From Catajapyx aquilonaris (lineage: Eukaryota), in NCBI GenBank assembly GCA_000934665.2, contig KZ538440.1:1-64000 (forward strand): a DNA stretch of 64,000 nt, read 5' to 3'. Below the pieces are notes generated by a model. The model made no database searches, was not told where the DNA came from, and saw only the letters and a program-made list of their open reading frames with translations. Both the position numbers and the translations under genes were made by a program. Shown piece after piece: positions 63,977 to 64,000 of the stretch; positions within the stretch are counted from its first letter, which is position 1, and each line of letters begins with the position of its first letter.

Positions 63977-64000
63977 TTTGGTATTTTGGCTTGTATTTTG

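Overview
Eukaryotic, intron-rich and repeat-dense DNA, most consistent with an invertebrate (probably arthropod) genome; no prokaryotic operon, CRISPR array or rRNA is present. Five spliced genes can be built by hand from GT-AG sites and recognisable motifs. They are a GDE1-like glycerophosphodiester phosphodiesterase (-, 3' part outside the window) head-to-head with CPPED1 (+, complete), a short divergent ubinuclein/yemanuclein-like HUN-domain gene (-), a tektin of the TEKT3/5 group (+, complete), and lunapark (-, 5' part outside the window). An unassigned minus-strand first exon lies head-to-head with the tektin. Introns and intergenic DNA hold at least four tRNA-derived SINE families and many DNA-transposon derivatives (mariner/rosa foldbacks, Tc4/Tc5-like, piggyBac-, pogo-, Sola-, Harbinger-like MITEs, and P/THAP, hAT, Helitron and LINE remnants). 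The most interesting signals are the truncated ubinuclein with an altered H3.3-binding motif, frameshifted tail and candidate 6-nt microexon; five transposase-containing foldback elements inside or next to transcription units; two Tc5-like elements at identical ACTAAGT targets; a MITE that supplies part of a tektin splice donor; and a gene set whose human homologs mostly map to 16p. All calls are by eye, without database searches.
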